From assembly GCA_035300865.1 (NCBI GenBank), contig DATGUZ010000063.1, positions 3,867 to 67,866 on the forward strand: a DNA stretch of 64,000 nucleotides, in the 5' to 3' direction. The first letter of the stretch is position 1. The number at the start of each line of letters is the position of its first letter. Source of the DNA: Sporosarcina sp. GTDB taxonomy: Bacteria > Bacillota > Bacilli > Bacillales_A > Planococcaceae. A program made the translations under genes and the position numbers. The notes beneath the pieces were generated by a model, which searched no databases, was not told the origin of the DNA, and saw nothing but the letters and a program-made list of their open reading frames with translations. Below, one piece after another: positions 50,210 through 62,154 of this stretch.

Positions 50210-51887
50210 TTACATCTACTCCTTTCCAACGGTTATGAATTTCTGCAAATTTATCTAGTTTGTTTAATCCTTGATAAATCAAGCCATTCATCCCTTTCGA
50301 CGTCCATTGCTTGATGTATGTGTCATCATATTTACCTGCAACATCAACCACAACATGCTCTTGAACAATTTCTAGCAATGGTTCTACTATTTCAATCGTT
50401 CGATTATTTGTGGCACAAACAATCGCATAATCAATTTGCTCTTCTGCTATCCATTTAGCAGCTTCATCGACATCGCTTAATGCTGGACTCCAAACGACCT
50501 CAATTCCAGCAGTTGCTAAATAACCTGTAATAAAATCTGCTCTTGCTTTAAAATCTTTTAATAAGCCGAATGTACATAACCCAACTTTTGGCTGAAATCG
50601 ATTAAATTGTTCACGGAAAGTTTCAAAAGGAGTAGCAAGTCTACCTGGAATATTTATCGTAGGAGAAATCGATTCCTCTGCTGCTAAGTCTGCATAAACA
50701 CTTGTCCCAACAAGTGAATGCTTTCCGGTTGCTAATGCTGCCAAACGTTGTTCATACGCATGATTCACTTTTTCTTTAAATGATTCACTTTCTACATAAA
50801 TGGAATAACCCCCATTTTTCTCGATTTCAACAAATGAGGCCCATGCCTTTTGGATAAGTTCTTTTGTTAATGCCTCTACGTAGTAAGATCCACCAGAAGG
50901 ATCAACAACTTCACTCACAAACGTTTCTTCTTTAATCACAAGTTGAATATTTCGTGCTAAACGCTCTGCTGTTGGTGTAAGTTCTGTTAACACATTATGT
51001 GGATGGACAGTGAGGACATCAACGCCCCCTAAAACTGCTGAAAATGCACTGTTTCCAGCACGTAATAAATTCACATAAGGATCTAATGTCGCATACGAAC
51101 GCATAGATGTTTCTGCAAAAATTGTGACCGGCACAACTTCTTTCACTTGATAAGATTTTGAAAGCGCTTCCCAAAGTGCTCGAAAAGCACGGATTTTAGA
51201 GATTTCCATAAAGAAATTGGTATCAATTGCGATACGTACATAAAATTGTTCCGCCATTTGTTCGAAACTTTCATACTGATCAACAAGTTCTACAGCTTTT
51301 GCCAGCAATAAAGCCAATTCTGTAACTGCGTCTGCACCTAAATGATGGGCTTTAATAGTAGATGCGCCAACCGTTTTAAGATGTGGAAACGTCTTTAAAA
51401 TGTCTGCTTCACATTCGACAATCCCTGTCACTTGCTGTCGTTTAGATTCGTCAATATGTGAAAAAACATTCATAATAGAATGCTCTTCTGATAAATTTAA
51501 AAAATAAATTGGATATTGAATCATATATTGTGCAAGTTTTTGCAAGTGCTCAATTTCCCATTGTATTGAATCATTGCCATCATAAACGATTGCTTCATTT
51601 CCCCTTTGTAAGCTTTCTTCTAATTTAATCAAAAAGCTGTCAGCATCGTTTGTATATAATGGTTGTGCAATGGTCCATCCTATTTCCTCTTTGCCAGAGC
51701 GGATAGATTCGATTGATTGTAGTTTTGGTGAATGTGCTGTATATAGAGGTTGTAATTCGATACCTTCTACTGTTTTTGTCAATAATTTCTCAAACGGCAA
51801 GCCCTTTAAAGACTTTAAAGCAACCTCTTGCCATTGTTCATATGTAATAAAATCAAATGTTTTCCCCTTAATGTCATCTATGTTCAC
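50202..51887 (-). CDS. mutA: Methylmalonyl-CoA mutase small (non-catalytic) subunit
   Basis: [20 protein letters not shown] and [10 protein letters not shown] motifs; lacks DxHxxG. Confidence 0.9.
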   Translation of the reverse strand: MNIDDIKGKTFDFITYEQWQEVALKSLKGLPFEKLLTKTVEGIELQPLYTAHSPKLQSIESIRSGKEEIGWTIAQPLYTNDADSFLIKLEESLQRGNEAIVYDGNDSIQWEIEHLQKLAQYMIQYPIYFLNLSEEHSIMNVFSHIDESKRQQVTGIVECEADILKTFPHLKTVGASTIKAHHLGADAVTELALLLAKAVELVDQYESFEQMAEQFYVRIAIDTNFFMEISKIRAFRALWEALSKSYQVKEVVPVTIFAETSMRSYATLDPYVNLLRAGNSAFSAVLGGVDVLTVHPHNVLTELTPTAERLARNIQLVIKEETFVSEVVDPSGGSYYVEALTKELIQKAWASFVEIEKNGGYSIYVESESFKEKVNHAYEQRLAALATGKHSLVGTSVYADLAAEESISPTINIPGRLATPFETFREQFNRFQPKVGLCTFGLLKDFKARADFITGYLATAGIEVVWSPALSDVDEAAKWIAEEQIDYAIVCATNNRTIEIVEPLLEIVQEHVVVDVAGKYDDTYIKQWTSKGMNGLIYQGLNKLDKFAEIHNRWKGVDVNE

Positions 51888-52027
51888 GCTTTATTCCCTC
51901 CCAAACACTTTTGCATTACATCTCCATTTTACAACATTTCCCACAAAGATGTAAGTATACGCTTCTTATTTACGAATGAATGAATTTTTAAATTCATCTT
52001 GAGAAGAGAAATCCATTGTAAAATGAC

Positions 52028-52064
52028 AAAAGTGCTGCAACCCGATTTGGATTGCAGCACTTTA
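52028..52064 (-). terminator. bkd operon terminator
   Basis: AAAGTGCTGCAA...TTGCAGCACTTT. Confidence 0.8.
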
Positions 52065-52079
52065 TATATCCGATACCAA

Positions 52080-53384
52080 TTAGTAGATTGAAGTGTTTTC
52101 AGCAGAAGTGTTTTCTAGGATTTCTTTAACACGTGCTAAGAATTGACCACATACTAATCCGTCTAATACACGGTGGTCTAATGATAAACATAAGTTGACC
52201 ATATCGCGTGGTGCGATCATGCCACCTACGATCATAGGACGCTTAACGATTGATTCAACTTGTAAAATTGCAGCTTGTGGGTGGTTAATGATACCCATTG
52301 ATTGAACAGATCCGAATGAACCTGTGTTGTTTACAGTGAATGTTCCACCTTGCATATCAGCAGACGCTAATTTGCCAGTACGAACTTTTGTTGCAAGTTC
52401 TGTAACTTCACGAGCGATTCCTTTAATCGTTTTCTCGTCAGCATTTTTGATGACTGGAACGAATAGTGAATCATCAGTTGCTACAGCGATTGATAAGTTA
52501 ATATCTTTCTTCTGTACAATTTTATCGCCAGCCCACATTGAGTTCATCATTGGGAACTCTTTTAATGCTTGTGCGACAGCTTTAACGAAGAATGCAAAGT
52601 ATGTGAGGTTGTAACCTTCACGTTGCTTGAATTCAGTTTTTAATGAATCACGATAGCTAACTAAGTTCGTTACATCTACTTCAATTGTCATCCATGCATG
52701 CGGTGCTTCATGTTTAGATTTTAACATGTTGTTTGCAATCGCACGACGCACACCTGTAACTGGGATTTCAATGTCTCCAGCACCAACTGGTACTTCAGTT
52801 TTTGGTTGTGAAGCAGCTGGTTTTGATGGTGCTGCCGGTGCTGATTGTTGAGGTGCAGCTTCTTGAGCAGGAGCTGTCTCTTCAGCCGGTGCAGCCGTTG
52901 GGATTTCACCGCTATCAATAATCGCTTGAATATCTTTACGCGTAATACGGCCACCTTTTCCAGTACCTTCAACTAATGTTAGGTCAATATCATTTTCTTG
53001 TGCTAAACGCATAACTGCTGGTGAGTAACGACCCGCGTTTTCACCTTTCGCTTTTTTAGCTGGTGCTTCAGTTTTTGCTGGAGCTGCTTCTTGTTTTTCT
53101 TCTTTAGCTGGAGCTGCTGGTGTGCTTTCTGTAGAAGCACCACCTTCAGTTTCAATTGTACAAACAATTGCCCCAACTTCTAATGTTTCACCTTCAGAAG
53201 CGATAATTTCTTTAATCGTTCCTGTAAATGATGATGGGATTTCTGCAGTTACTTTATCTGTGTTTACTTCTGCAAGTGGATCATATTTATTTACTTTGTC
53301 ACCTGGTTGTACTAACCATTTTTCAATTGTACCTTCTGTTACACTTTCCCCAAGTTGAGGCATTAAAATGTTTTCGATAGCCAA
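52080..53384 (-). CDS. bkdB: Branched-chain 2-oxoacid dehydrogenase E2
   Basis: Lipoyl motif TDKV, E3-binding domain, DHRVLDG. Confidence 0.95.
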   Translation of the reverse strand: MAIENILMPQLGESVTEGTIEKWLVQPGDKVNKYDPLAEVNTDKVTAEIPSSFTGTIKEIIASEGETLEVGAIVCTIETEGGASTESTPAAPAKEEKQEAAPAKTEAPAKKAKGENAGRYSPAVMRLAQENDIDLTLVEGTGKGGRITRKDIQAIIDSGEIPTAAPAEETAPAQEAAPQQSAPAAPSKPAASQPKTEVPVGAGDIEIPVTGVRRAIANNMLKSKHEAPHAWMTIEVDVTNLVSYRDSLKTEFKQREGYNLTYFAFFVKAVAQALKEFPMMNSMWAGDKIVQKKDINLSIAVATDDSLFVPVIKNADEKTIKGIAREVTELATKVRTGKLASADMQGGTFTVNNTGSFGSVQSMGIINHPQAAILQVESIVKRPMIVGGMIAPRDMVNLCLSLDHRVLDGLVCGQFLARVKEILENTSAENTSIY

Positions 53385-53404
53385 TTCATTTACCTCCGTC
53401 TCAA

Positions 53405-54388
53405 TTAAAATTCTGCTAATTCACGTGCTGCTTCTTCAACTTTGTCAGGATTCACCATGAAATAACGTTCCATTGTAGGTGCATATGGCATTGCTGGTAC
53501 GTCTGGTCCTGCTAAACGTTGAATTGGTGCATCTAAATCAAATAGGCAGTTTTCAGAGATAATCGCTGAAACTTCTGACATGATGCTTCCTTCTAAGTTA
53601 TCTTCAGTTACAAGTAATACTTTACCTGTTTTCTTCGCTGCTTCGATAATACCTTCTTTATCAAGTGGGTATACAGTACGTAAGTCTAAAATATGTGCTG
53701 AAATACCATCTTCTGCTAAACGTTCAGCAGCTTGTAATGCGAAGTGTACACATAAACCGTAAGTGATAATTGTAATATCTTCCCCTTCACGTTTTACGTC
53801 AGCTTTACCAATTGGTAACACATAATCATCTTCAGGCACTTCGCCTTTAATTAAACGATACGCACGCTTATGTTCGAAGAATAACACTGGATCTTCATCA
53901 CGGATTGCTGCTTTTAGTAATCCTTTTGCGTCATATGGTGTTGATGGAATAACAATTTTTAAACCTGGCGTGCTTGCGAACATCGACTCAACAGATTGTG
54001 AGTGATAGAGAGCCCCGTGAACGCCACCACCGAATGGTGCACGAACGACCATTGGACAAGTCCAGTCATTATTTGAACGGTAACGGATTTTTGCCGCTTC
54101 CGATACAATTTGGTTTACCGCAGGCATAATGAAGTCTGCGAATTGCATTTCTGCGATTGGGCGTAGTCCGTACATCGCAGCACCAATTCCAACACCAGCG
54201 ATTGCTGATTCTGCTAATGGTGCGTCAACTACACGGTCCTCACCAAATTGGTCGTATAAGCCTACTGTAGCTTTGAATACGCCACCTTTTTTACCAACGT
54301 CTTCCCCTAAGATGAAAACGCGATCGTCTCTTTCCATTTCTTCTTTCATTGCAAGTGTGATTGCATCAATATATGACATAACCGCCAT
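53405..54388 (-). CDS. bkdAB: Branched-chain 2-oxoacid dehydrogenase E1 beta
   Basis: GEDVG, EMQFADF and YHSQS motifs. Confidence 0.95.
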   Translation of the reverse strand: MAVMSYIDAITLAMKEEMERDDRVFILGEDVGKKGGVFKATVGLYDQFGEDRVVDAPLAESAIAGVGIGAAMYGLRPIAEMQFADFIMPAVNQIVSEAAKIRYRSNNDWTCPMVVRAPFGGGVHGALYHSQSVESMFASTPGLKIVIPSTPYDAKGLLKAAIRDEDPVLFFEHKRAYRLIKGEVPEDDYVLPIGKADVKREGEDITIITYGLCVHFALQAAERLAEDGISAHILDLRTVYPLDKEGIIEAAKKTGKVLLVTEDNLEGSIMSEVSAIISENCLFDLDAPIQRLAGPDVPAMPYAPTMERYFMVNPDKVEEAARELAEF

Positions 54389-54390
54389 GA

Positions 54391-55395
54391 TCAGTTTCCT
54401 CCTTCATCAGCGTACACGTGAAGCAGTGCATGTTCAGGTTCAGCATACGGAGCATTTTCCGCATAATCTGTTGCTTCGTTTACTTCTTGCATAATTTTGT
54501 CTTCGATTTCTTGTGCTAAGTCATCCGTTAAAATTTTAACGTCTTTTAAATATTCACCGAATAAAATAATTGGATCTTTAGCTTTTTGTTCTTCTAACTC
54601 TTCTTGTGTACGATATTGACGTTGGTCGTCATCAGAAGAGTGAGATGTTAGACGGTAACAAACTGTTTCAACTAAAGTCGGTCCTTCACCGCTACGTGCA
54701 CGATCTGCTGCTTCTTTTACAACTTTAAACACTTCTAAAGGATCAGTGCCGTCAACTGTGAATCCAGGCATACCGTATCCAATGGCACGGTCAGAAACGT
54801 TTTTTGCTGCAACTTGTCTGTCATACGGTACAGAAATTGCATATTTATTATTTTCTACCATAATGATTGTTGGTAATTTATGAACACCAGCAAAGTTCAT
54901 TCCTTCGTGGAAGTCACCTTGGTTTGAAGACCCTTCACCTAATGTAACAAAAGTGATGAAATCTTCTTTTTTCATTTTACCAGCTAATGCAGTACCTACC
55001 GCATGCGGTAATTGAGTTGTTACTGGTGATGAACCTGTTAAAATACGGTTTTTTCTTTGGCCAAAGTGACCTGGCATTTGACGTCCACCTGAGTTTGGAT
55101 CTTCAGCTTTTGCAAATGCAGATAACATTAATTCTTTTACCGTCATACCGAATTGCAATACGACACCTAAGTCACGATAGTAAGGTGCAATCCAGTCTTT
55201 TTGATTGTCAAGTGCATATGCAGCAGCAACTTGTGCAGCTTCTTGTCCTTGACATGAGATTACGAATGGGATTTTCCCCGCGCGGTTGAGTAACCACATA
55301 CGCTCGTCTACACGACGTGCACGAACCATTTGCTCATAAATATTTAGTACGTCCTCGTCTGTTAAGCCGAGTTCTTTATGACGATTTTTTGTCAT
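54391..55395 (-). CDS. bkdAA: Branched-chain 2-oxoacid dehydrogenase E1 alpha
   Basis: GEGSSNQGDFHE, NNKYAIS and HSSDDD motifs. Confidence 0.95.
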   Translation of the reverse strand: MTKNRHKELGLTDEDVLNIYEQMVRARRVDERMWLLNRAGKIPFVISCQGQEAAQVAAAYALDNQKDWIAPYYRDLGVVLQFGMTVKELMLSAFAKAEDPNSGGRQMPGHFGQRKNRILTGSSPVTTQLPHAVGTALAGKMKKEDFITFVTLGEGSSNQGDFHEGMNFAGVHKLPTIIMVENNKYAISVPYDRQVAAKNVSDRAIGYGMPGFTVDGTDPLEVFKVVKEAADRARSGEGPTLVETVCYRLTSHSSDDDQRQYRTQEELEEQKAKDPIILFGEYLKDVKILTDDLAQEIEDKIMQEVNEATDYAENAPYAEPEHALLHVYADEGGN

Positions 55396-55412
55396 TTTAT
55401 AATGTCCTCCTC

Positions 55413-56840
55413 TTACATATGAATCGCTTTTTTGTCTACTGCTAATGCAGCTTCACCCATAACTTCTGATAAAGAAGGGTGTGGATGAACGGTTGAAGCA
55501 ACTTCCCAAGGTGTTGCGTCAAGTACCATAGCTAGTCCTGCTTCAGAGATTAACTCTGTCACGTTTGACCCAATCATATGAACACCTAAGATGTCCTCAG
55601 TTTCTTCATCAGCAACAATTTTAACGAAACCGTCAGAGTTTCCGTTTACTAATGATTTACCAATTGCCATGAATGGGAATTTACCAACTTTTACTTTATA
55701 GCCTTCTTCACGAGCTTGTTTCTCCGTAATTCCTACGCTTGAAGCTTCAGGGCTTGAGTAGATACAACGGCTAATTTTTGTATAGTCCATTGGCTCATTG
55801 GAAATGCCTGCGATATGCTCAACTGCTGCAATTCCTTCGTGTGAAGCAACATGTGCAAGTTGTAATCCGCCAATTACGTCACCAATTGCGTAAATGTGAT
55901 CTTCTTTTGTTTGGAAAGTCGGACGCGTTTTAATAACACCTTTGTCAACTTCAATCGTTGTATTCTGTAAACCAATGTCATTTACATTCGCTTCACGTCC
56001 AACAGAGACTAACATTTTCTCTGCAGTAAAGCTCTCTGTTTTCTCGCCAACTTCAGCAGAAATTGTAACTGAGCTCTCTGTTTTCTCTAATGTATCCGGT
56101 AAAACTTTAGCACTTGTTACAAACTTAATGCCTTTTTTCGTCAGTAGTTTTTTCATTTCCTTAGAAATGTCTACATCCTCAGTTGGAATGATTTCATCAG
56201 CATATTCAAGTACAGTAACTTCTACACCAAAGTCATTAAGCATTGAAGCCCATTCGATACCGATTACACCGCCACCAACAATGATCATTGATTTTGGTAA
56301 TTCTTCCATTTGTAAAGCACCGTCTGAAGACATCACTACTTTTTCATCTAATTCTAAACCTGGTAATGATTTTGGTTTTGAACCAGTAGCTAAAATTAAA
56401 TTCTTTAAGATTAAAATTTCGTTTTCATCACCATTTGCCATTTCAACTGAAATTGTTCCTGGCATTGGAGAGAAGATTGAAGGTCCTAACATTCTACCTT
56501 TACCTTCATAAACATCGATTTTACCTTTTTTCATTAATCCTTGTACACCTTGGTGTAATTGATTAATGATCGAATTTTTGCGTTCTTGAACACGTGCAAA
56601 ATCTAATGAAACGTTTTCTGTATGAACACCATAATCTTTTGCATTGTTTTTTGCAGTATTATAAACTTCAGCACTTTTTAATAATGCTTTACTTGGAATA
56701 CATCCTTTATGTAAGCATGTTCCCCCAAGTTTTTCTTGTTCAACGATTGCAGTTTTTAAACCAAGTTGTGCAGAGCGAATTGCTGCAACATAACCGCCTG
56801 TACCGCCACCAAGAATGACTACATCATATTCGTTAGCCAT
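55413..56840 (-). CDS. lpdV: Dihydrolipoamide dehydrogenase
   Basis: GGTCLHKGCIPSK and HPHPSLSE motifs. Confidence 0.95.
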   Translation of the reverse strand: MANEYDVVILGGGTGGYVAAIRSAQLGLKTAIVEQEKLGGTCLHKGCIPSKALLKSAEVYNTAKNNAKDYGVHTENVSLDFARVQERKNSIINQLHQGVQGLMKKGKIDVYEGKGRMLGPSIFSPMPGTISVEMANGDENEILILKNLILATGSKPKSLPGLELDEKVVMSSDGALQMEELPKSMIIVGGGVIGIEWASMLNDFGVEVTVLEYADEIIPTEDVDISKEMKKLLTKKGIKFVTSAKVLPDTLEKTESSVTISAEVGEKTESFTAEKMLVSVGREANVNDIGLQNTTIEVDKGVIKTRPTFQTKEDHIYAIGDVIGGLQLAHVASHEGIAAVEHIAGISNEPMDYTKISRCIYSSPEASSVGITEKQAREEGYKVKVGKFPFMAIGKSLVNGNSDGFVKIVADEETEDILGVHMIGSNVTELISEAGLAMVLDATPWEVASTVHPHPSLSEVMGEAALAVDKKAIHM

Positions 56841-56864
56841 GACAATTTCCTCCTTTTAAAAAGC

Positions 56865-57965
56865 TTATTCACTTTCTCCATTCGGATAAACTCTTGCTTG
56901 TTCTTCACCCGATAATACACGAATCGCACCTTCTGATAACGCTTGTAATTCGTCTTCGCCTGGGTAAACTTTCACATCGGCTATCCAGTCAATTTTGGAT
57001 GCAATTGTTGCAACAAAGTCTTTACCGTAAGCAATACCGCCTGTCATAATAATTGCATCAACTTTTCCTTCAAGTACTGCTGATGCACTACCAATTTCTT
57101 TAGCGATTTGATAAGCCATTGCATCATAGATTAATGTTGCTTCCTCATCTCCAGCAGCAATACGTTTTTCAACTTCTACTGCATCATTCGTACCTAAATA
57201 ACCAACGAGACCACCTTCACCTACAAGCGATTTCATGACATCGTCTCGATATAACGTACCAGAGAAACAAAGTTCAACTAAATCACCGATTGGAACACTT
57301 CCTGCACGTTCTGGACTAAATGGTCCATCTCCGTGTAATCCGTTATTTACGTCGATTACTTTCCCTTGCTTATGTGCCCCAATTGTAATACCGCCACCCA
57401 TATGCGTAACGATTAAATTGAGTTCATCATAAGATTTTCCAATTTCCTTTGCATACCGACGAGCTACAGCTTTTTGGTTTAATGCATGGAAAATAGATTT
57501 GCGTTGAATTAAAGGCGATCCTGAAATTCTTGCAATTGGTAATAACTCATCGACTACAACAGGGTCTACGATGAATGAAGGAATATTCACTTGATTTGCA
57601 ATCTCATGTGCTAAAATTCCGCCAAGATTCGAAGCATGCTGTCCGAAATATCCTGCTTTTAAATCTTTAATCATCGCATCATTAACCGAATACGTTCCCC
57701 CTTCAATTGGGCGCAGTAAGCCGCCTCGGCCGCAAACTGCATCCAATGAAGAGACTTCGATGTTCGCTTCTTTAAGTACACTTAAAATGGCTTCTTGTCG
57801 AAATTCATATTGGTCAATAATGGAAGGATATTGAGAAATCTTCTCTGTTGCATGTCTAATTGTATGTTCTACTAATAATGTTTCACCTTGGAACACACCA
57901 ATTTTTGTTGATGTAGATCCCGGGTTAATGACGAGTACGCGAAAGTTTTCCGCTGACACTGTCAT
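56865..57965 (-). CDS. buk: Butyrate (branched-chain fatty acid) kinase
   Basis: [15 protein letters not shown] and HALNQKA motifs. Confidence 0.95.
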   Translation of the reverse strand: MTVSAENFRVLVINPGSTSTKIGVFQGETLLVEHTIRHATEKISQYPSIIDQYEFRQEAILSVLKEANIEVSSLDAVCGRGGLLRPIEGGTYSVNDAMIKDLKAGYFGQHASNLGGILAHEIANQVNIPSFIVDPVVVDELLPIARISGSPLIQRKSIFHALNQKAVARRYAKEIGKSYDELNLIVTHMGGGITIGAHKQGKVIDVNNGLHGDGPFSPERAGSVPIGDLVELCFSGTLYRDDVMKSLVGEGGLVGYLGTNDAVEVEKRIAAGDEEATLIYDAMAYQIAKEIGSASAVLEGKVDAIIMTGGIAYGKDFVATIASKIDWIADVKVYPGEDELQALSEGAIRVLSGEEQARVYPNGESE

Positions 57966-57998
57966 TCCTCCTTCCAAATTGTAAAAAACCTATTATAA

Positions 57999-59093
57999 TT
58001 ATCTACCTGTAATAATGCTTTTTTCTGTTTTTAAAAATTGTGAACGTGATTTTGCAACGCTTGCAATACGTTCTTCTGCTAAACGGTCTGCTGCTTGGTA
58101 AGTTGGGATGTTGTCGCGTTTAGCGATTTCAAAGATTTTTGCGATTGTATCGTAAATACCACCAACACGATTCATTGCACGGTCGCGGTCATAACCAACT
58201 AACTCATCTGCAACGTTAATCACGCCACCTGAGTTGATCACATAGTCTGGTGCATAGAAAATGCCCATCTCGTCTAATTTGTCACCATGACGATCTTCTT
58301 TTAATTGGTTATTTGCTGAACCAGCAATAACTTTACATTTGAATTGTTCTAACGTGTCATCATTGATGATTGCACCTAGTGCACATGGTGCAAAAATATC
58401 TACGTCTAAACCGTAAATTTCATCTAATCCAACTGCTGTTGCACCAAAGTTGTCAACTGCGCGTTGAACCGCTTCTTCGTTAATATCTGTAACAAATAAT
58501 TGTGCACCTTCTTCATGTAGGTATTCACATAATGCATATGCTACGTTTCCTACACCTTGAACAGAAACTTTTTTACCTTTTAATGAATCTGTACCGAAAG
58601 CTTCTTTAGCAGCTGCTTTCATACCAACATATACACCGTAAGCAGTTACAGGTGATGGATTACCAGAAGTACCAGCGCCACCAGAAATACCTGCTACATA
58701 CTCAGTTTCTAAATGGATTAAGTCCATATCATGCTCTGTCGTACCAACGTCTTCAGCTGTAATATAACGACCGTTTAATCCTTCGATATAGCGACCGAAT
58801 GCACGGAACATTTCTTCATTTTTGTCTTTTTTCGGATCACCGATAATAACTGTTTTACCACCACCAAGGTTTAACCCAGCAGCTGCGTTTTTGTATGTCA
58901 TACCACGTGCTAAACGTAATGCATCTTCAATTGCTTCTTCTTCAGTTGCATATGTCCACATACGTGATCCACCTAATGCTGGACCTAAAGTTGTGTCGTG
59001 AATAGCGATGATCGCTTTTAAACCTGAGTTTTTGTCTTGGCAAATTACTACTTGTTCGAAGTCATAGTCTTCCATGTATTTAATGATATCCAT
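57999..59093 (-). CDS. bcd: Leucine dehydrogenase
   Basis: [19 protein letters not shown] and TAEDVGT motifs. Confidence 0.95.
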   Translation of the reverse strand: MDIIKYMEDYDFEQVVICQDKNSGLKAIIAIHDTTLGPALGGSRMWTYATEEEAIEDALRLARGMTYKNAAAGLNLGGGKTVIIGDPKKDKNEEMFRAFGRYIEGLNGRYITAEDVGTTEHDMDLIHLETEYVAGISGGAGTSGNPSPVTAYGVYVGMKAAAKEAFGTDSLKGKKVSVQGVGNVAYALCEYLHEEGAQLFVTDINEEAVQRAVDNFGATAVGLDEIYGLDVDIFAPCALGAIINDDTLEQFKCKVIAGSANNQLKEDRHGDKLDEMGIFYAPDYVINSGGVINVADELVGYDRDRAMNRVGGIYDTIAKIFEIAKRDNIPTYQAADRLAEERIASVAKSRSQFLKTEKSIITGR

Positions 59094-59118
59094 TGTAAAG
59101 CCTCCTGTTTTGTATGTG

Positions 59119-60033
59119 TTATTTTTGTGCTGCTAAAATCGCTAAAGCTAAAGAATACACTTTACTTTCAGCGCTATCAGCTCTTGATGTTAGAACGATT
59201 GGTGCTTTCGCGCCTTGAATAATCGCGCCAACTTTCGCTTTTGCGAAGTAAATCAGTGATTTATATAAGATATTCCCTGATTCTATATTTGGAACGAGTA
59301 GAATATCAGCGTTTCCAGCTGTATCACCCGATAATCCCTTTTGTTTAGCTGCTTCAACTGAAACAGCATTGTCTAATGCCAACGGTCCATCAACAATACA
59401 GTTGTTAATTTGACCACGTTGGTTCATGGCTACTAAAGCAGCCGCATCTAGTGTTGGTTGCATTGCTGGGTTAACAGTTTCAACCGCAGCTAATGGCGTT
59501 ACAATTGGCTGTTCTACGCCACATGCTCGTGCAGCAGCAACCGCATTATCAATAATTTGTGCTTTTTCTTTTAACTCCGGCGCAATATTCATTGCTGCGT
59601 CTGTAACAAACACAAGTTTATCGAAGTGTGGTACTTCAAATGCTGCTACATGGGATAATACTTTCCCAGTTCTTAATCCAACTTCTTTGTTTAAGACAGC
59701 TCTTAAAATAGTTGCTGTTGGTAAATTCCCTTTCATCACAACATGAGCTTCTTTTGAAGAAACAGCTTTTACAGCTTCAAGTGCTGCTGCATCGTTTGAA
59801 TTCGCATGTCGAATTGTTAAACGATCATGTCCAACCATTTCAGGAAATTGTTCTTGCATCATATTTGTTAAAGTTGTTTCATCATCAAATAAGATAAATG
59901 ATGCAAGTGATTTTTCAAGTGAAAGCTCTACTGCTTTTAATACTTCTGGATCAGCAGCTGCTGCAATTGCAACAATTGGATCTTCACTTTGAGAAGCTTT
60001 ATCGACTAATTTATCGAGTGTAAGCATTTTCAT
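59119..60033 (-). CDS. ptb: Phosphate butyryltransferase
   Basis: [24 protein letters not shown] and LTSRADS motifs. True start may be the second ATG at 60027. Confidence 0.95.
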   Translation of the reverse strand: MKMLTLDKLVDKASQSEDPIVAIAAAADPEVLKAVELSLEKSLASFILFDDETTLTNMMQEQFPEMVGHDRLTIRHANSNDAAALEAVKAVSSKEAHVVMKGNLPTATILRAVLNKEVGLRTGKVLSHVAAFEVPHFDKLVFVTDAAMNIAPELKEKAQIIDNAVAAARACGVEQPIVTPLAAVETVNPAMQPTLDAAALVAMNQRGQINNCIVDGPLALDNAVSVEAAKQKGLSGDTAGNADILLVPNIESGNILYKSLIYFAKAKVGAIIQGAKAPIVLTSRADSAESKVYSLALAILAAQK

Positions 60034-60042
60034 TCCTCCTCA

Positions 60043-62073
60043 TTAATCTAGACGATATTTATCGAGTTTATAGTAAAGTGAGCGTAGTGAAATGCCCAAA
60101 CGATTTGCCGTTTCGGATTTATTGCCTTTATTTTCAACAAGGGCTTGTTCTAATATAGAGCGCTCATAGTCGTCCATAATAGATGCTAATGTTGTTTTTG
60201 CAGGCAATTGCACTTCGGTTTCTTGCTTTCTTGACGAATATAAAGATGATTGAATATCATCTAGCTTTAAAACCATCTCACCTTGTCCCATAAATATCAT
60301 TGCCCGACTTAACACGTTTTCAAGTTCACGAATATTTCCGGGCCATTCATACCGTTGCAGCAATTGTTGCGCTTCACCAGAAATTTTTTCAATATTCATT
60401 CCAAGCTGTTTGTTTAGCTTAACAAATAAATGATCAATAATCGTAGCAATATCTTCTTTACGCTCTCTCAATGGTGGGATTTGAATCGCCATTCTACTTA
60501 ATAAATAGTAAAGTTCTTCAATAAACATCCCATCTGCCATCAGTTTTTCTAAATTTTGACTTGTTGCTGTGACAATATGTACCGATGAGCTTTTGGGCTC
60601 TACACTATTTAGCGGCGTAAATTCATTGGTTTTTAAATAATGAAGTAATTTCTCTTGTGTAGGAATGGATAACTCAGCTACTTCATCTAACAATAAAGTT
60701 CCTTGATGTGTTTCGGAAAATAATCCGATGTGAACATCCGTTTTTCCATTCACTTCACCAAATAATTTTCTTTCCAGTACTTCGGCTGATATCGCTGCAC
60801 AGTTTACACGAATAAACTTGTTGAACTTTCGAACACCTTCACTGTGTATAGCGTGTGCAAATAATTCTTTTCCACTCCCTACTTCTCCGCGAAGTAAAAC
60901 CGTAAAATCATTATGTGCGACTAGTTTAGCTTGTTCAATCGCCATTTTAATCAGTGGCGAATTACCTTTTATATCTTCGAATGTACCAGTTGACTCCAAT
61001 TCTCGAATAATTGCTCGTGCTTGATCTAATTCATTCATTAACCCACGCATTTCTGTAATATCATGAATAATCCCTACACTACCTTTGATTTCTTCGTCAA
61101 CGATAATCGGTGCAACATTCACAATTACTTCATGGTCACTTTCGCCAATTCGCATATTCACACCACGAACAGGTTTTTTTGTTTCCAATACTTTCATATG
61201 GATACTTTCACCTTCGATGATGTCAACTGTCGCAGGTTTCCCAATTACTTCTTCTTTCGTCAATCCAGTAAGTCTTGTATAGGCAGGATTCACAAGAATC
61301 CCGTAACCGTTTTCATCTACTACAGAGATTGCATCATCGCTTGAATGAATAATCGCCTCTAACATTTGCTGAACTTTTTCTAAGTCTGTAATTTCTTTTG
61401 CTAATGTTAAAGCCTCTGTCATATCTTTGAATACTGCAAATGCACCAACAACATTTTTATTCTCATCGAATAACGGAAATCTGGAAGTAACAATATCAAG
61501 ACCATTTCCTAAAGAATGTTCTTGATTTGTCTCCGCTTTACCATTTTCCATAATTCGTTCTAATTCAGAATTTGGAATGATTTCTTTAATATGTTTTCCA
61601 ATCGCTTGTTCGATTGAAATACCAGTCATCTCTGCTGCACGCCTATTAAAGAAGTCAATTTGGTAGTTGGCATTTATACCGACCATTCCTTCATCAATAG
61701 AATCAAAAATTAGTCGTTGCCTGTGCATCTCAGCTCGAATTCTTTTCGTATATGAATGGTTTTCCTCTAATAGTTGAACAATAATGCTTGCAACCGAACC
61801 AGGAATGACAACAGCTTTTTTCGGTGTTACTTCAAGTAATTGATGAAAAACGTCTTCATTTCCTGTAACATCGATAATGATGTCTAAATCATCCGTGCAA
61901 TACTTTGTCCAATCTGTAGCAAAAGGAATACCATCTTGTTTCGCTCTTTCAATACCGGGCGCTCGTAAGTCTTTGTCGATTATTGCAACGACTTTCATAG
62001 ATTCTAGGTTTTGGAGAAGTTCTAGTATAATTGAGCCTCCAACACCTGCTCCAACAATGAGAACATTTTGCAA
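60043..62073 (-). CDS. bkdR: BkdR-family regulator (Rossmann-PAS-PAS-AAA+-HTH) with degenerate sigma-54 activation motifs
   Basis: Domain order and position of bkdR. Walker A GEVGSGKE, Walker B LLLDE and WPGNIREL are kept; GAFTGA is absent. Confidence 0.9.
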   Translation of the reverse strand: MQNVLIVGAGVGGSIILELLQNLESMKVVAIIDKDLRAPGIERAKQDGIPFATDWTKYCTDDLDIIIDVTGNEDVFHQLLEVTPKKAVVIPGSVASIIVQLLEENHSYTKRIRAEMHRQRLIFDSIDEGMVGINANYQIDFFNRRAAEMTGISIEQAIGKHIKEIIPNSELERIMENGKAETNQEHSLGNGLDIVTSRFPLFDENKNVVGAFAVFKDMTEALTLAKEITDLEKVQQMLEAIIHSSDDAISVVDENGYGILVNPAYTRLTGLTKEEVIGKPATVDIIEGESIHMKVLETKKPVRGVNMRIGESDHEVIVNVAPIIVDEEIKGSVGIIHDITEMRGLMNELDQARAIIRELESTGTFEDIKGNSPLIKMAIEQAKLVAHNDFTVLLRGEVGSGKELFAHAIHSEGVRKFNKFIRVNCAAISAEVLERKLFGEVNGKTDVHIGLFSETHQGTLLLDEVAELSIPTQEKLLHYLKTNEFTPLNSVEPKSSSVHIVTATSQNLEKLMADGMFIEELYYLLSRMAIQIPPLRERKEDIATIIDHLFVKLNKQLGMNIEKISGEAQQLLQRYEWPGNIRELENVLSRAMIFMGQGEMVLKLDDIQSSLYSSRKQETEVQLPAKTTLASIMDDYERSILEQALVENKGNKSETANRLGISLRSLYYKLDKYRLD

Positions 62074-62101
62074 GGGTATTCAAACTCCTTTGTGAATTAC
62101 A

Positions 62102-62154
62102 TGCAATCTTTTGCAATACAGTTATATCATACTACATAATTACGTTCTTGACAA
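62102..62154 (-). promoter_or_regulatory. Sigma-A promoter of bkdR with a palindromic operator at the start site
   Basis: TTGTCA-17-TATGAT, then TGCAA-AAGA-TTGCA (62102-62115). Its -35 overlaps the divergent TTGACA-16-TACAAT promoter. Confidence 0.7.

Noticed and set aside
51980-51997. ATGAATTTTTAAATTCAT upstream of mutA as a FadR box
   Set aside because: The spacer is 2 bp longer than in the FadR-type site and the sequence is very AT-rich.
52800-53130. Repetitive GCT/GGT-rich tracts in bkdB
   Set aside because: They encode the ordinary Ala/Pro-rich E2 linkers, not a DNA repeat array.
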